This document shows, one piece after another, positions 40,230 to 50,214 of a stretch of 64,000 nt of DNA. The stretch spans positions 493 to 64,492 of the forward strand of contig JANXAE010000001.1 in the NCBI GenBank assembly GCA_025062235.1, given 5' to 3'. The notes under the pieces are model-generated. The model was given only the letters and a program-made list of their open reading frames with translations. It searched no databases and was not told where the DNA came from. This stretch comes from Bryobacteraceae bacterium (GTDB lineage: Bacteria > Acidobacteriota > Terriglobia > Bryobacterales > Bryobacteraceae). Positions within the stretch are counted from its first letter, which is position 1. Every line of letters begins with the position of its first letter. The translations under genes were made by a program, and so were the position numbers.

Positions 40230-41192
40230 ATGCGGGTGCGAATCCTCTATCACGATCATTGCTTCGACGGCGCGGCTGCGGCCGCCTACTTCAGTCGGTT
40301 CCTGGAAGAGCGATTCCACCCGGACGCCGAATTCCTGTTCACAGGCCTGGCGCACAAGGCCGACCAGATTTTCGAGGAGTGGATGTTCGATGGCGACGTC
40401 AACGCCATCGTGGACTTCAAGTACTCGCCCGATCCGCGGCTTACCTGGTGGTTCGACCACCACCAGAGCGCGTTTTTGACCCCGGAGGACGCCGAACAAT
40501 ACCGGCGCAACCCCAGCGAGCGCAAGCTGTACGATCCGGATGCCCCTTCCTGCACCGGGTTCATCGCGCGCGTGGCCAGGGAACGCTGGGGCTGGGAAGC
40601 GCCCGATCTGGCCGAGCTGGTGCGCTGGGCCGAAATCATTGACGGGGCGCAGTACCCGGATGCGCGCACCGCGGTCGAGATGCCGGCCGCAGCCATGAAG
40701 CTGACGCTGGTCATCGAAGGCGTCAAGGGTTCCGAAACGGTGCAGCAGATCATCCGCTGGATGCGGCGCCGGCCCCTGGACGAGATCATCGAAGAGCCGG
40801 GGATCCAGCGCCTCTTCGCGCCGCTTTTCGAACGCCACCTGAGCTCGATCGAGATCATTCGCAGCCGCGCGCGGTGCGCCGACGGTGTGGTGAGCTTCGA
40901 CCTGATCGGTTACGATCTGGAGGGCTACAACAAGTTCATTCCGTACTACCTGTTTCCCGAGGCCGTCTACAGCGTGTCCGTCAGCACCTCGAGTTTCCGC
41001 ACCAAGGTCTCGGTGGGCTCGAACCCCTGGGCGCCGCGCCCGCCCCGGCACAATCTGGCCAGCATCTGCGAGCGTTACGGCGGAGGCGGACACGCGCGCG
41101 TGGGCGCGATCAGCTTCCCTCTGGGCGAGTACGAGCAGGCCCGCAAGGTGGCCGAGGAGATCGCCGCGGAACTGCGGCGCGAGGCTCAGTAG
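40230..41192 (+). CDS. DHH/DHHA1 family phosphoesterase
   Basis: HDHCFDG, VDF, WFDHH, GGGGH motifs; stop overlaps the ribE stop region. Confidence 0.85.
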   Translation: MRVRILYHDHCFDGAAAAAYFSRFLEERFHPDAEFLFTGLAHKADQIFEEWMFDGDVNAIVDFKYSPDPRLTWWFDHHQSAFLTPEDAEQYRRNPSERKLYDPDAPSCTGFIARVARERWGWEAPDLAELVRWAEIIDGAQYPDARTAVEMPAAAMKLTLVIEGVKGSETVQQIIRWMRRRPLDEIIEEPGIQRLFAPLFERHLSSIEIIRSRARCADGVVSFDLIGYDLEGYNKFIPYYLFPEAVYSVSVSTSSFRTKVSVGSNPWAPRPPRHNLASICERYGGGGHARVGAISFPLGEYEQARKVAEEIAAELRREAQ

Positions 41193-41827
41193 CCCAGTTG
41201 CCGCAGTTTGTCTTCGGTCAGGCCGGCTCCGCCGCGTCCCTGCCGCAAGAGGCTTTCCAGGTACTTGGCGAGGATGTCCGCCTCCAGGTTGACGCGCTCA
41301 CCCGGGCGGCGCGCGCGCAAGTTCGTGGAGCGCCACGTGTGGGGAACGATGGCTGCGGCGAAGATCGAGCCCTCCACGGCAGCGATCGTCAGGCTGATCC
41401 CGTCCACCGCGATCGAGCCTTTTTCCGCGATGTAACGCGCCAGACCGGGCGGGAAGCGCACGCGGAGCCACCAATGCCCGGCGGGGTGCGGTTCCAGGCT
41501 CACCAGCTCCCCGGTGGCGTCCACGTGACCCTGCACGATGTGGCCGCCGAAGCGTCCCGAGGCCGCCAGCGGTCTTTCCAGGTTGACCAGCGCGCCGGGT
41601 CGGAGCTCTCCCAGGTTCGAGCGGCGGAGGGTTTCCGCCGAGACGTCGGCGGCGAAGCCATTGGCGCCCAGCTCGACAGCCGTAAGGCAGACGCCGTTGA
41701 CTGCGATACTCGATCCCTCGCGCGCATCTTCCAGCACCCGGCTGCACCGCACGCGCAAACGGGCGCCCGAGGAGCGCAGCTCGAGCGACTCGACCTGGCC
41801 CGTTTCCTCGACGATTCCCGTGAACAC
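41186..41827 (-). CDS. ribE: Riboflavin synthase
   Basis: MFTGIVEE, SIAVNGVCLT, VNLER, GGHIVQGHVD, KGSIAVDGISLT. Confidence 0.96.
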   Translation of the reverse strand: MFTGIVEETGQVESLELRSSGARLRVRCSRVLEDAREGSSIAVNGVCLTAVELGANGFAADVSAETLRRSNLGELRPGALVNLERPLAASGRFGGHIVQGHVDATGELVSLEPHPAGHWWLRVRFPPGLARYIAEKGSIAVDGISLTIAAVEGSIFAAAIVPHTWRSTNLRARRPGERVNLEADILAKYLESLLRQGRGGAGLTEDKLRQLGY

Positions 41828-41852
41828 GGTCTTCGCTCTCCGATCAGCGCTT

Positions 41853-42968
41853 TCAATCCTTGATCACCCAGGCTTCGACCGCGAATTCCTCGGAGGTGAT
41901 CCGGTGCAGGGTCGTGCCGCGCAATCCGATGGCGTCGCGGCGCGTGCGGCGCCCGGGTCCGCCGGCCACGGGCAGCGCCTCCATGCCTCCCAGAATCTTG
42001 GGCGCGTAGTAAAAAAAGATCTTGTCCACGACGCCCGCCTCGAGCGCCGACCAGTTGACGCGGCTGCCGGCCTCGATCATGAGCGAGAGATAGCGGCGCT
42101 CGGCCAGCAAGCCGATCAGCGCCCGCAGGTCGGTGCGCCCTCCTGGCCCGTCCAGCGCGACGACTTCCGCCCCGCGCTCCTCGAGCTGTCGCTTGCGGGC
42201 CTCGGGGGCGGCGGTGGTGGTGACCACCAGCAGATCGGATCGCGCGCTTTGAACCATGCGCGATTCCAGCGGGATGCGGAGTTGCGAGTCGAGCACGATA
42301 CGCAGCAGCGGGCGACTGCGTTCCAGCCCGGTTCGATCCGTAAGCAAACAGTCGTCGGCCAGCACCGTGCCGATGCCGGTGAGGATGGCATCCGAGAGGT
42401 GGCGCAGCTGCTGCACGTGCGCCCGAGCCTGTTCGCTGGTGATCCAGCCGCGGTTGTCGTCCGGCGCGGAGATCTTGCCGTCGAGCGTGACGGCTGCCTT
42501 CAGGGTGACCAGCGGCTTGCCGGTGCGCATGAAATGGAAGAAGGGTTCGTTGAGCCGCTCGGCCTCGGCGCGATACTCCTCGGCCATCACGATTTCGACG
42601 CCGGCCTCGGCCAGCTTGCGCAGGCCGCATCCCCGCACGGCCGGATTGGGATCTTCCGTGGCAACGACCACGCGGCGCACCCCCGCCGCGAGGATGGCGT
42701 CCGCACAAGGTCCGGTGCGCCCCCGGTGGACGCATGGCTCGAGAGTGACGTAGAGGGTAGCGCCGCGGGCGCGTTCGCCCGCTTGCTCGAGCGCGAGAAT
42801 CTCGGCGTGTTTGACGCCCGCCCAGGTGTGGAAGCCACGTCCCACGATCTCCCCGTCCCGCACCAGGATCGCACCGACGGCAGGGTTGGGGCTCGTGCGG
42901 CCCAGCCCGAGACGCGCCAGCTCGAGCGCCTGGCGCATGTAGTCGGGCCGCTCGTGTTCCCCGCTCAT
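41853..42968 (-). CDS. ribD: Bifunctional pyrimidine deaminase/reductase RibD
   Basis: [37 protein letters not shown]. Confidence 0.96.
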   Translation of the reverse strand: MSGEHERPDYMRQALELARLGLGRTSPNPAVGAILVRDGEIVGRGFHTWAGVKHAEILALEQAGERARGATLYVTLEPCVHRGRTGPCADAILAAGVRRVVVATEDPNPAVRGCGLRKLAEAGVEIVMAEEYRAEAERLNEPFFHFMRTGKPLVTLKAAVTLDGKISAPDDNRGWITSEQARAHVQQLRHLSDAILTGIGTVLADDCLLTDRTGLERSRPLLRIVLDSQLRIPLESRMVQSARSDLLVVTTTAAPEARKRQLEERGAEVVALDGPGGRTDLRALIGLLAERRYLSLMIEAGSRVNWSALEAGVVDKIFFYYAPKILGGMEALPVAGGPGRRTRRDAIGLRGTTLHRITSEEFAVEAWVIKD

Positions 42969-43915
42969 GCTTCCAGAAGGGATGCGACGAAGCTTTCAGC
43001 TTCGAAGGGAACCAGATCTTCCAGCTTCTCGCCTACGCCCAGATAGCGAATGGGCAGGCCGAGCTCGCGTGCGATGGGCACCACGACGCCCCCCTTGGCC
43101 GTGCCGTCCATCTTGGTGAGCACCAGACCCGTCACTGCCGCCGTGGCGGTGAAGCGTCGGGCCTGTTCGAGACCGTTCTGCCCCGTGGTGGCGTCCATGA
43201 CCAGCAACGTCTCGTGCGGCGCCCCGGAAACCAGACGGGCGGCCGTGCGGCGCATTTTCTCGAGTTCGGCCATCAGGTTGGACTTCGTGTGCAGGCGGCC
43301 GGCGGTATCCGCGATCAGATAGTCGGCGCCGCGTGCGCGTGCGGCCTGGATTGCGTCGAAGAGCACCGCGCTGGGATCGGCGCCCTGTTTCTGGCGGATC
43401 ACGTCACAACCCGCGCGCTGCGCCCAGATCTCGAGCTGTTCGATGGCTGCCGCGCGGAACGTATCGGCGGCACACAGCAGCACCGAGCGGCCCTCGCTGC
43501 GGAACAAGTGCGCCAGCTTGCCGATGGTGGTGGTCTTGCCCGTCCCGTTCACGCCTACTACGAGGATGACCGCCGGGGGCTCGGTGACGCGCGCCAGCGG
43601 GCGTTCCGTGGCGCGCAGGACCTCGATCAGATGCTGGCGGATGAGCTGGCGCAGCTCGCCCGCATCGGCAAGCAGGCGACGATCCACCTGCTGCCGGATG
43701 CGCTCGAGGATCTCCGTGGTCGTGCGCACGCCGATGTCGGCGGCCAGCAACGTTGCCTCGAGTTCCTCCAGCAGGGCAGCGTCAATTTCCTTGCGGCCCG
43801 CCAGCGCGTCCTCGAGCCGCGCCACCAGCCCTGCGCGCGTCTTCTGGATGCCGCTCTTGAGGCGCTCGAGCAGGCTGGGCTGCGACTGGACCGAGCCGAA
43901 CAGGGTCTGGATCAT
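42965..43915 (-). CDS. ftsY: Signal recognition particle receptor FtsY
   Basis: [40 protein letters not shown]. Confidence 0.96.
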   Translation of the reverse strand: MIQTLFGSVQSQPSLLERLKSGIQKTRAGLVARLEDALAGRKEIDAALLEELEATLLAADIGVRTTTEILERIRQQVDRRLLADAGELRQLIRQHLIEVLRATERPLARVTEPPAVILVVGVNGTGKTTTIGKLAHLFRSEGRSVLLCAADTFRAAAIEQLEIWAQRAGCDVIRQKQGADPSAVLFDAIQAARARGADYLIADTAGRLHTKSNLMAELEKMRRTAARLVSGAPHETLLVMDATTGQNGLEQARRFTATAAVTGLVLTKMDGTAKGGVVVPIARELGLPIRYLGVGEKLEDLVPFEAESFVASLLEA

Positions 43916-43977
43916 GACAGGTTTGGTCTTATTGTAACTGTCCGGCAGGGCGGGCCAGCGCCCGAGGTCGGCCCGGC

Positions 43978-45441
43978 TCAGCCCGCCTGAGGGAAGCAGC
44001 CGCCATTGACGCGGCCCGCCGCGGCGATCATGACGGCCGGCTGGGCATCGCGGCCGTTGACCGGCGGAGCCAATCCGAGGAGGGCGAGCAGGGGACGCAG
44101 GCCCATCTCGCGACCGGCGGCGATGGCTCCGCAGGGTAGCAGTGCCAGCAGCGCTCCCAGGATGGCCAGCAACGGCCGGTTCGGTCGAGCGGGCTTGCCC
44201 TGGGGCAAGGCCTGTTCGAGGACGACGAGACGCACGCTAGCTGATGCGCGCCGGTCCGCTACGGGCCGGGATGCTTGCGCGCGATATGCGGCCTCCGCGA
44301 TTTCGCATTCGCGCTTCAGCGCCTGATGCTGCCGCCGTAGGTCACCGGCCGCGGTCAGCGCTTCCTGCTGGGAGGCGACCTCCGCGCGCAGGCGGAGGCT
44401 TTCCTGTTCGAGTTCCCAGGCGCGTCGGCGGGCCTGATCGAGCTCCGCGCGAAGGTGCTGGCGCAGGGATTCCTCCGGCGGAGCATCGGCTCCGCCCGTC
44501 CGGTCCGGCACACGCACCTCCGGGCCGGAGAGCGCCTGTGCGCGTGCCAGCTCGTCCAACGCCCGGCGGACATCGGGATGGGCGTCCTTGTAGCGGGCGC
44601 GCAGCAGGGCGAGCCGCTCGCGGAGCTGGCGGAGGCTCGGTGGTTCGGCGGCTGGGGACTCGCGAGAGGTGTTGCTCCGAGCGAAGGCGCTCGCGGGAGC
44701 AGGCGCCTGAGAGAGGACTTGCTCGAGCCGCGCGGCCTCGCTGTGCGCGCGCCGTAGGGCTTGTGCGTTCGCGGCCAGCTCAGCCCGCAGCGCGGCCAGT
44801 CGCAGCAATGCGTCTTTCTCACGATCCTCGGGGCCGGCCCCGTGTTCCCGCTCGAAGGCGGCGAGGGCGGCATGGCACTCGCTCAGGCGGGCCCAGGCGG
44901 CGTTGAGATCGCCGTGCTGGTTCGCAGCGGGAGCCGCCTGTCCGAGACGTTCGAATTCGCCGGCCAGCTCGGCCGCCACACGATTCGTCACGGCTGCGCC
45001 CCGGGCCGGATCCGAGGCTTCGAAAGCCACGCGGACGGCGACGAGCGGCCCCCGTGAGTCGGGCACGGTCAGGACCGTGAAGCGCCCACGCAGGGCTTCG
45101 GTTTCGCGCTGGGCGTCGGCCGGCTTCCACTTGGCGACCAGCTCCGGCCAGGTTTGTCGCAGCAAATCCAACAGACGCTCGCGTTGGAACACCCGCAGCC
45201 GCGCCAATTGCAACTGCGCCCGCAGCTCGGCGTCCGAGGGAACCCCCGTGCCGCGCCCGGGCGGGCGGGCCGGGTCAATGGCCAAAACGGCTTCCGTCTT
45301 GTAGCGCCGTGGCAGCGACCAGACTGCGGCCAGCACGGCGGCTGTCGCCAGCAGCCAGAGCACAGCCCAGCAGACCCTCTGCTTCCACAGGGCCCGCGCC
45401 AGGGCTTGCGGGGTGATTCCCGCGGCTTCGAAGGGAGGCAT
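43978..45441 (-). CDS. GumC/Wzz-like polysaccharide chain-length determinant (divergent)
   Basis: N-terminal TM + LPRRYKTEA, long coiled coil, [21 protein letters not shown] + C-terminal TM; no kinase domain. Confidence 0.72.
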   Translation of the reverse strand: MPPFEAAGITPQALARALWKQRVCWAVLWLLATAAVLAAVWSLPRRYKTEAVLAIDPARPPGRGTGVPSDAELRAQLQLARLRVFQRERLLDLLRQTWPELVAKWKPADAQRETEALRGRFTVLTVPDSRGPLVAVRVAFEASDPARGAAVTNRVAAELAGEFERLGQAAPAANQHGDLNAAWARLSECHAALAAFEREHGAGPEDREKDALLRLAALRAELAANAQALRRAHSEAARLEQVLSQAPAPASAFARSNTSRESPAAEPPSLRQLRERLALLRARYKDAHPDVRRALDELARAQALSGPEVRVPDRTGGADAPPEESLRQHLRAELDQARRRAWELEQESLRLRAEVASQQEALTAAGDLRRQHQALKRECEIAEAAYRAQASRPVADRRASASVRLVVLEQALPQGKPARPNRPLLAILGALLALLPCGAIAAGREMGLRPLLALLGLAPPVNGRDAQPAVMIAAAGRVNGGCFPQAG

Positions 45442-45621
45442 GGCAGGGACCTGGAGCGCGAATGCGCACGAGTGCCTCCGGACGCACGCCGGTGCGACCG
45501 GCGGGAGAACGGCCGCTGGAACCCGGTCTCGCCACGGTACTGGCCCGGTTCAACATTGTCGTGGCCGCGGCTGCTCCGAACTCTCACCCTTCTTTTCGCC
45601 GTCAGGTGTAGACTAGCCGCC

Positions 45622-47583
45622 ATGAGCGAAACCACACGGCGCACCTTCCTGGAATCCGCCGGCGCGCTGGCGGCTTCGGCTCGCACTCCCCAAGGCGCTG
45701 CTCGGGAGCCGAGCAGGGCCGCAGGCTGGCGAAGGACCGGCTTCGCGCCGCACGGCCGGCCGCGCAAGCTGAGCGACAACCTCTATCTTTTCGAAGACAC
45801 CTGCAACGTCTACGTGGTGCGTGACGGCAGCGCCTGCGTGCTGGTGGACTTCGGCTCGGGCAAGATTCTGGATTACCTCGGGGAGCTCGGCGTCCGCCGG
45901 GTGGACTGGATCCTGCACACGCACCACCACCGCGACCAGTGCCAGGGCGACTGGAGGGCGATCGAGCGCGGGATTCCCATCGCCGTGCCGCGTCACGAAC
46001 GGCACCTGTTCGACGACGCGCGCAACTTCTGGCGCAACCGCCGCGTCTTCCACCTCTACTACGTCCGCAACGACTTCAACACCACGACCGAGAACATCCC
46101 GGTGGCGCGGGCTTTGGAGGACTACACCACCTTCCGCTGGAACAAGACCGACTTTTTCGTTCTGCCCTCGCCGGGTCACACCCTCGGCTCCATTACCTTG
46201 CTGGCGGAGGTGGACGGCCGCAAGGTAGCCTTCTCGGGCGACCTGATGTACGGGCCGGGCAAGATCGTGAATCTCTACGACACGCAGGTCAACTACGGGG
46301 GCAGCGAGGGGATTGACCTCAGCATTTACTCGCTCACGCAACTGCGCGAGCACCGGCCGGAATGGCTGTGTCCCTCGCACGGCCGGCCGCTGCGCGACCC
46401 CGACCAGGCCATCCGTCTGACCATCGAGCGGCTGAGCGAATACTACCGCTTCCAGGTGGGCGAGCCGACGATCGCGAACGAGCCGATCCGGGTGAGCCCT
46501 CACCTGATCGCGTTCCATCAGACGACATCGAGCTTCTATGCCATCCTCTCCGACAGTGGCAAGGCGCTGTTCGTGGATTACGGCGCGCCCTCGGGCGTCC
46601 ATTTTTCGAACTTCGAGCGCGCCACTGCGGTCACCGATCGGATCCGCTTTGTCGAGCACAACCTGGATCTGCTCAGGCGCCGCTTCGGCATGAAAAGCGT
46701 GGACGTGGCCATGCCGAGCCACATGCACGACGACCACATCGCCGGCTTCCCGTACCTGATCCGCCACTGCGGGACGCAAATCTGGTGCTACGAGAACATG
46801 GTGGACGTCTTGCAGAACCCGCGGGGCTACAACCTGGGCTGCATCCTGGGCGAGCCGGTCAAAGTGGTCCGCACCTTTCGCAACGGCGAGAGGTTCCGCT
46901 GGGAGGGCTTCGAGTTCGAGGTGACGTACAACCCGGGCCACACCGAGTACCAGATGGCGCTGTATGTCGAACTGGATGGCGAGCGGGTGGCGTTCACCGG
47001 GGACGCCTTCTTCCTGCCCAATCCCCGCAACGACGGTACGCTGCGCCACAACCTGATCTTCCGCAACTGGGTGGAGAGCGACAGCCACCTCAAGAGCATC
47101 CGGAATCTGATCGCGCATCAGCCAACGCTGATCTGCCCGGGGCACGGCCGGCCTTACCCGGTGGACCGGGCGCTGCTCGAGGCCACCGAAAAGAAGCTGC
47201 TGCGCCAGCAGCGACTCTTCGAGGAATTGTTGCCCGAGGGCGAGACCAATTTCGGCCTGAACCCGAGCTGGGTGAGCATTTATCCCTACCAGATCCTGGC
47301 TGCGCCCGGAGAGCGTCTGACGCTGCGGCTGCGCGTGGCCAACTACCAGCCACGAGCCGTGAAGATGGAAATCGCGCTGGTCGTACCGGCCGAGTGGACG
47401 ATGGCCCCCGAGGTGCTCCGCTTCGAGGCGACGCCGGGCACGCTTACGGAACGAAAGGTCACGGTCGCGATCCCCAAGGATTGGCGGGCGCCCGCGCCGC
47501 GATTCGCGATCGCCGCCGACGTGGTGCGGGACGACAGATACCTCGGGCAGATCGCCGAAGCCATCGTCGAGATGCGGGCCTGA
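45622..47583 (+). CDS. Tat-exported protein with tandem metallo-beta-lactamase folds
   Basis: TRRTFL Tat motif; domain 1 HTHHHRDQ/PGHT/FSGD/PSHG; domain 2 SHMHDDH/PGHT/FTGD/PGHG. Confidence 0.85.
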   Translation: MSETTRRTFLESAGALAASARTPQGAAREPSRAAGWRRTGFAPHGRPRKLSDNLYLFEDTCNVYVVRDGSACVLVDFGSGKILDYLGELGVRRVDWILHTHHHRDQCQGDWRAIERGIPIAVPRHERHLFDDARNFWRNRRVFHLYYVRNDFNTTTENIPVARALEDYTTFRWNKTDFFVLPSPGHTLGSITLLAEVDGRKVAFSGDLMYGPGKIVNLYDTQVNYGGSEGIDLSIYSLTQLREHRPEWLCPSHGRPLRDPDQAIRLTIERLSEYYRFQVGEPTIANEPIRVSPHLIAFHQTTSSFYAILSDSGKALFVDYGAPSGVHFSNFERATAVTDRIRFVEHNLDLLRRRFGMKSVDVAMPSHMHDDHIAGFPYLIRHCGTQIWCYENMVDVLQNPRGYNLGCILGEPVKVVRTFRNGERFRWEGFEFEVTYNPGHTEYQMALYVELDGERVAFTGDAFFLPNPRNDGTLRHNLIFRNWVESDSHLKSIRNLIAHQPTLICPGHGRPYPVDRALLEATEKKLLRQQRLFEELLPEGETNFGLNPSWVSIYPYQILAAPGERLTLRLRVANYQPRAVKMEIALVVPAEWTMAPEVLRFEATPGTLTERKVTVAIPKDWRAPAPRFAIAADVVRDDRYLGQIAEAIVEMRA

Positions 47584-47589
47584 GCACCC

Positions 47590-48909
47590 TCAGCGGATGC
47601 CGTACTCCTTCAGCCGGTACTGGAGGGTGCGCAGGCTGATGCCCAGTTCCTGCGCCGTACGGGTGCGGTTGCCAGCGTTGCGGCGCAAGGCTTCGAGTAT
47701 GGCTTCCTTTTCGATCTCCTTCCAGCGCACTGGGCGCTGTTTGCTTTCGGACCTGGGCAAGGGCAGATCGGCGGCGCGCACTCGCTGCTCGCAGAGGATG
47801 GCGACGCGCTCCATCATGTTCTCGAGCTCACGCACGTTTCCGGGCCAGGAGTAGGCGAGCAGGGCCCTGGCCGCATCCTCGTCCAACTCGAGCGGTTCCT
47901 TGCCCAACGAGCGCGCAGCGCGGGCGAGGAAGTGCCGCGCCAAAGGCAGGATGTCGGCCGGTCGCTGGCGCAGGGGAGGGATTTCGAGCGGGAAGGCGCT
48001 CAGTCGGTAGTAGAGGTCTTCGCGGAACTTGCCTTCCTCGACCAGCTTCTTCAGGTCGCGATTGGTGGCGGCGATGAGGCGCACATCCACCTGGATGGTG
48101 CGGTGGCCCCCCACCCGCTCGAAAGTCCGATCCTGGAGGACGCGCAGCAGCTTGGCCTGCGAGGCGGCGTCCAGCTCGGCGATCTCGTCCAGAAACAGCG
48201 TGCCGCCGTGGGCGCGCTCGAAGACCCCTTGGTGCTGGGAGACGGCGCCCGTGAAGGCGCCTTTCTCGTGACCGAACAGCGCGCTTTCGACGAGAGTGGG
48301 CGCGAGCGCTGCGCAGTTCAGGGCGAGAAACGTGGCATTGGCGCGGCGACTGTTGGCGTGGATGCAGCGGGCGATCACCTCCTTGCCGGTGCCACTTTCC
48401 CCGGTCAGCAGGACCGTGACGTTGGTCGGCGCCACCTTGCGCGCCAGCTCGACAACGCCGAGCATCACGGGGTCGTGGACGATCAGGGACGGGCAGGGGA
48501 AGCCAGAAGGCCCGGCGACCGGGCGGTCGGTGGCTTGGGGAGTGGGCGTGCCACCCAGGGTGCGGCGGACGATCTGACGCAGCTCTTCGGGGCTGCGCAG
48601 GGGCTTTTCGAGAAAATCCACGGCCCCCAGCTTCATGGCCTCCACAGCCGTGGGGACAGTGCCGTACGCGGTGATGACCACGAAGGGCGTCTCGGGCGAC
48701 AGCTCGCGGAAGCGGCGCAGGACTTGAAGGCCGTCGCCGTCGGGCAGGCGCAGGTCACAGAGCACCAGGTCGAAGCGCTGGAAACCGCAGGCGCGCATCG
48801 CTTCGCTGACCGTGGCGGCGCTCGCCACTTGGTGACCTTCCGCCGAGAGGATCGTTTCCAGCAGCCTGCGGAACCCGGGATCGTCGTCCACCACTAGGAT
48901 GCCGGCCAT
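47590..48909 (-). CDS. Sigma-54-dependent response regulator (NtrC family)
   Basis: Receiver [39 protein letters not shown]-terminal Fis HTH. Confidence 0.95.
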   Translation of the reverse strand: MAGILVVDDDPGFRRLLETILSAEGHQVASAATVSEAMRACGFQRFDLVLCDLRLPDGDGLQVLRRFRELSPETPFVVITAYGTVPTAVEAMKLGAVDFLEKPLRSPEELRQIVRRTLGGTPTPQATDRPVAGPSGFPCPSLIVHDPVMLGVVELARKVAPTNVTVLLTGESGTGKEVIARCIHANSRRANATFLALNCAALAPTLVESALFGHEKGAFTGAVSQHQGVFERAHGGTLFLDEIAELDAASQAKLLRVLQDRTFERVGGHRTIQVDVRLIAATNRDLKKLVEEGKFREDLYYRLSAFPLEIPPLRQRPADILPLARHFLARAARSLGKEPLELDEDAARALLAYSWPGNVRELENMMERVAILCEQRVRAADLPLPRSESKQRPVRWKEIEKEAILEALRRNAGNRTRTAQELGISLRTLQYRLKEYGIR

Positions 48910-50153
48910 GGCTCTCCCTCTTTCACCCCGACCTTGCGCCACGGCATGGCGGGGAAATGGGCTTCGGCGCGCGTGCCGCGGGGTACGAGCGCGACCAGAC
49001 GGAGGCGACCGCCGAGCGTCTCGATGAGCTTGCGGCTGGTCGGCAGGCCGAGCCCCGAACCGAAGGCTTTCGTCGTAAAGAAAGGCTCGAACAGATGGCG
49101 CCGGGCTTCCTCGGAGAGGCCGGGCCCGTCGTCCTCGACGGCGATGGTTACCCCATCGCGGGAAGTGGCAACGCTCAGGCGTATCTCGCCTTCGTGGCCG
49201 ACCGCTTCCACGGCGTTGCGCAGAAGGTTCAGCAGGGCGCCCTTGAGCAGATCGGGATCGGTGTGGATCCAAAGGCCGCTGGGCGGCAAGTGCAGGCGCA
49301 GCGGGCGGCCAGCTGTCAGCTCGCGCACGTTCGTCTCCAGTTCGCTCGCGAGCGCATCCCATTCGAACCACCTGGGTCGCGGCTGAACCGGGCGCCCGTA
49401 GTCCAGCAAGTTCTTCACCAGCCGCTCGAGTCTTTCCACTTCGGGAGCGATGGGAGCGAGAAGGGATGCGGTTTGCTCGTCCGCCTTCTCGGCGGCGAGC
49501 TGGGCGAAACCTTTGATCGTCGCCAGCGGGTTGCGGATCTCGTGCGCCAGCGTGGCCGCCATCTGGCCCAGGCGCGCCAAGTGCTCCAATTCGAGCTGCC
49601 GGCGCTCGAGTTGCGCCGCCCGCTTCAGGCTCCAGAGAGCGTAGAGCGAGAGCAGCAACAGAGCCAGACCGCTCAGCGACGCCGCGACTACGTTCTGCCG
49701 GGCCGGCGCAAGCAGGAAATCGGCCGCGGAGGCCGCGAGATCGAGCTTCGCCACCCGCAATTGCCCGCCGGCGTGGTAGGGGATGTAAGCTCGGAAAACC
49801 TCCACGCCGCTCACCTGCCGCCGCTCGGTGTGGAAGAGTTCGCGTCCTTCGCGTATGGCGGCCAGCGCCTCGCGCTCGGGGCCCTGCTCATCGAGATCGA
49901 GAATCGCCAGATCGAGCAGCGCAGGCTCCTGTTCTGCCAGTGCCTCGACTTGGCCGGCTGCGGGCGAAGGCCCGAGCGCTTCCAGCCTGGCAACCAGCGC
50001 TGCCGCCTGGGCCCTCAGGTAAAGGTCGCGCAACTCGGCTAAGCGGGCCAGCGTGGCCAGCGAGCTGGCGACCAAAGCCAGGGGCAGCAACAGGGCGAGC
50101 AGCGGCCACAGCAGCCGGCGGGCGCGAGGCGGCATGGCAGCCTTCGCCTTCAT
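48894..50153 (-). CDS. Membrane sensor histidine kinase
   Basis: Two TMs, H-box LAHEIRNPL, NLLRNA, DDGPG, FEPFFTTK, GSGLGL. Confidence 0.93.
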   Translation of the reverse strand: MKAKAAMPPRARRLLWPLLALLLPLALVASSLATLARLAELRDLYLRAQAAALVARLEALGPSPAAGQVEALAEQEPALLDLAILDLDEQGPEREALAAIREGRELFHTERRQVSGVEVFRAYIPYHAGGQLRVAKLDLAASAADFLLAPARQNVVAASLSGLALLLLSLYALWSLKRAAQLERRQLELEHLARLGQMAATLAHEIRNPLATIKGFAQLAAEKADEQTASLLAPIAPEVERLERLVKNLLDYGRPVQPRPRWFEWDALASELETNVRELTAGRPLRLHLPPSGLWIHTDPDLLKGALLNLLRNAVEAVGHEGEIRLSVATSRDGVTIAVEDDGPGLSEEARRHLFEPFFTTKAFGSGLGLPTSRKLIETLGGRLRLVALVPRGTRAEAHFPAMPWRKVGVKEGEPWPAS

Positions 50154-50214
50154 GCTAACAGGCGGGCCGGCGCGCTGGTTGACAAAGCGGGGCACGGGGA
50201 CTAATCAATGGTGC

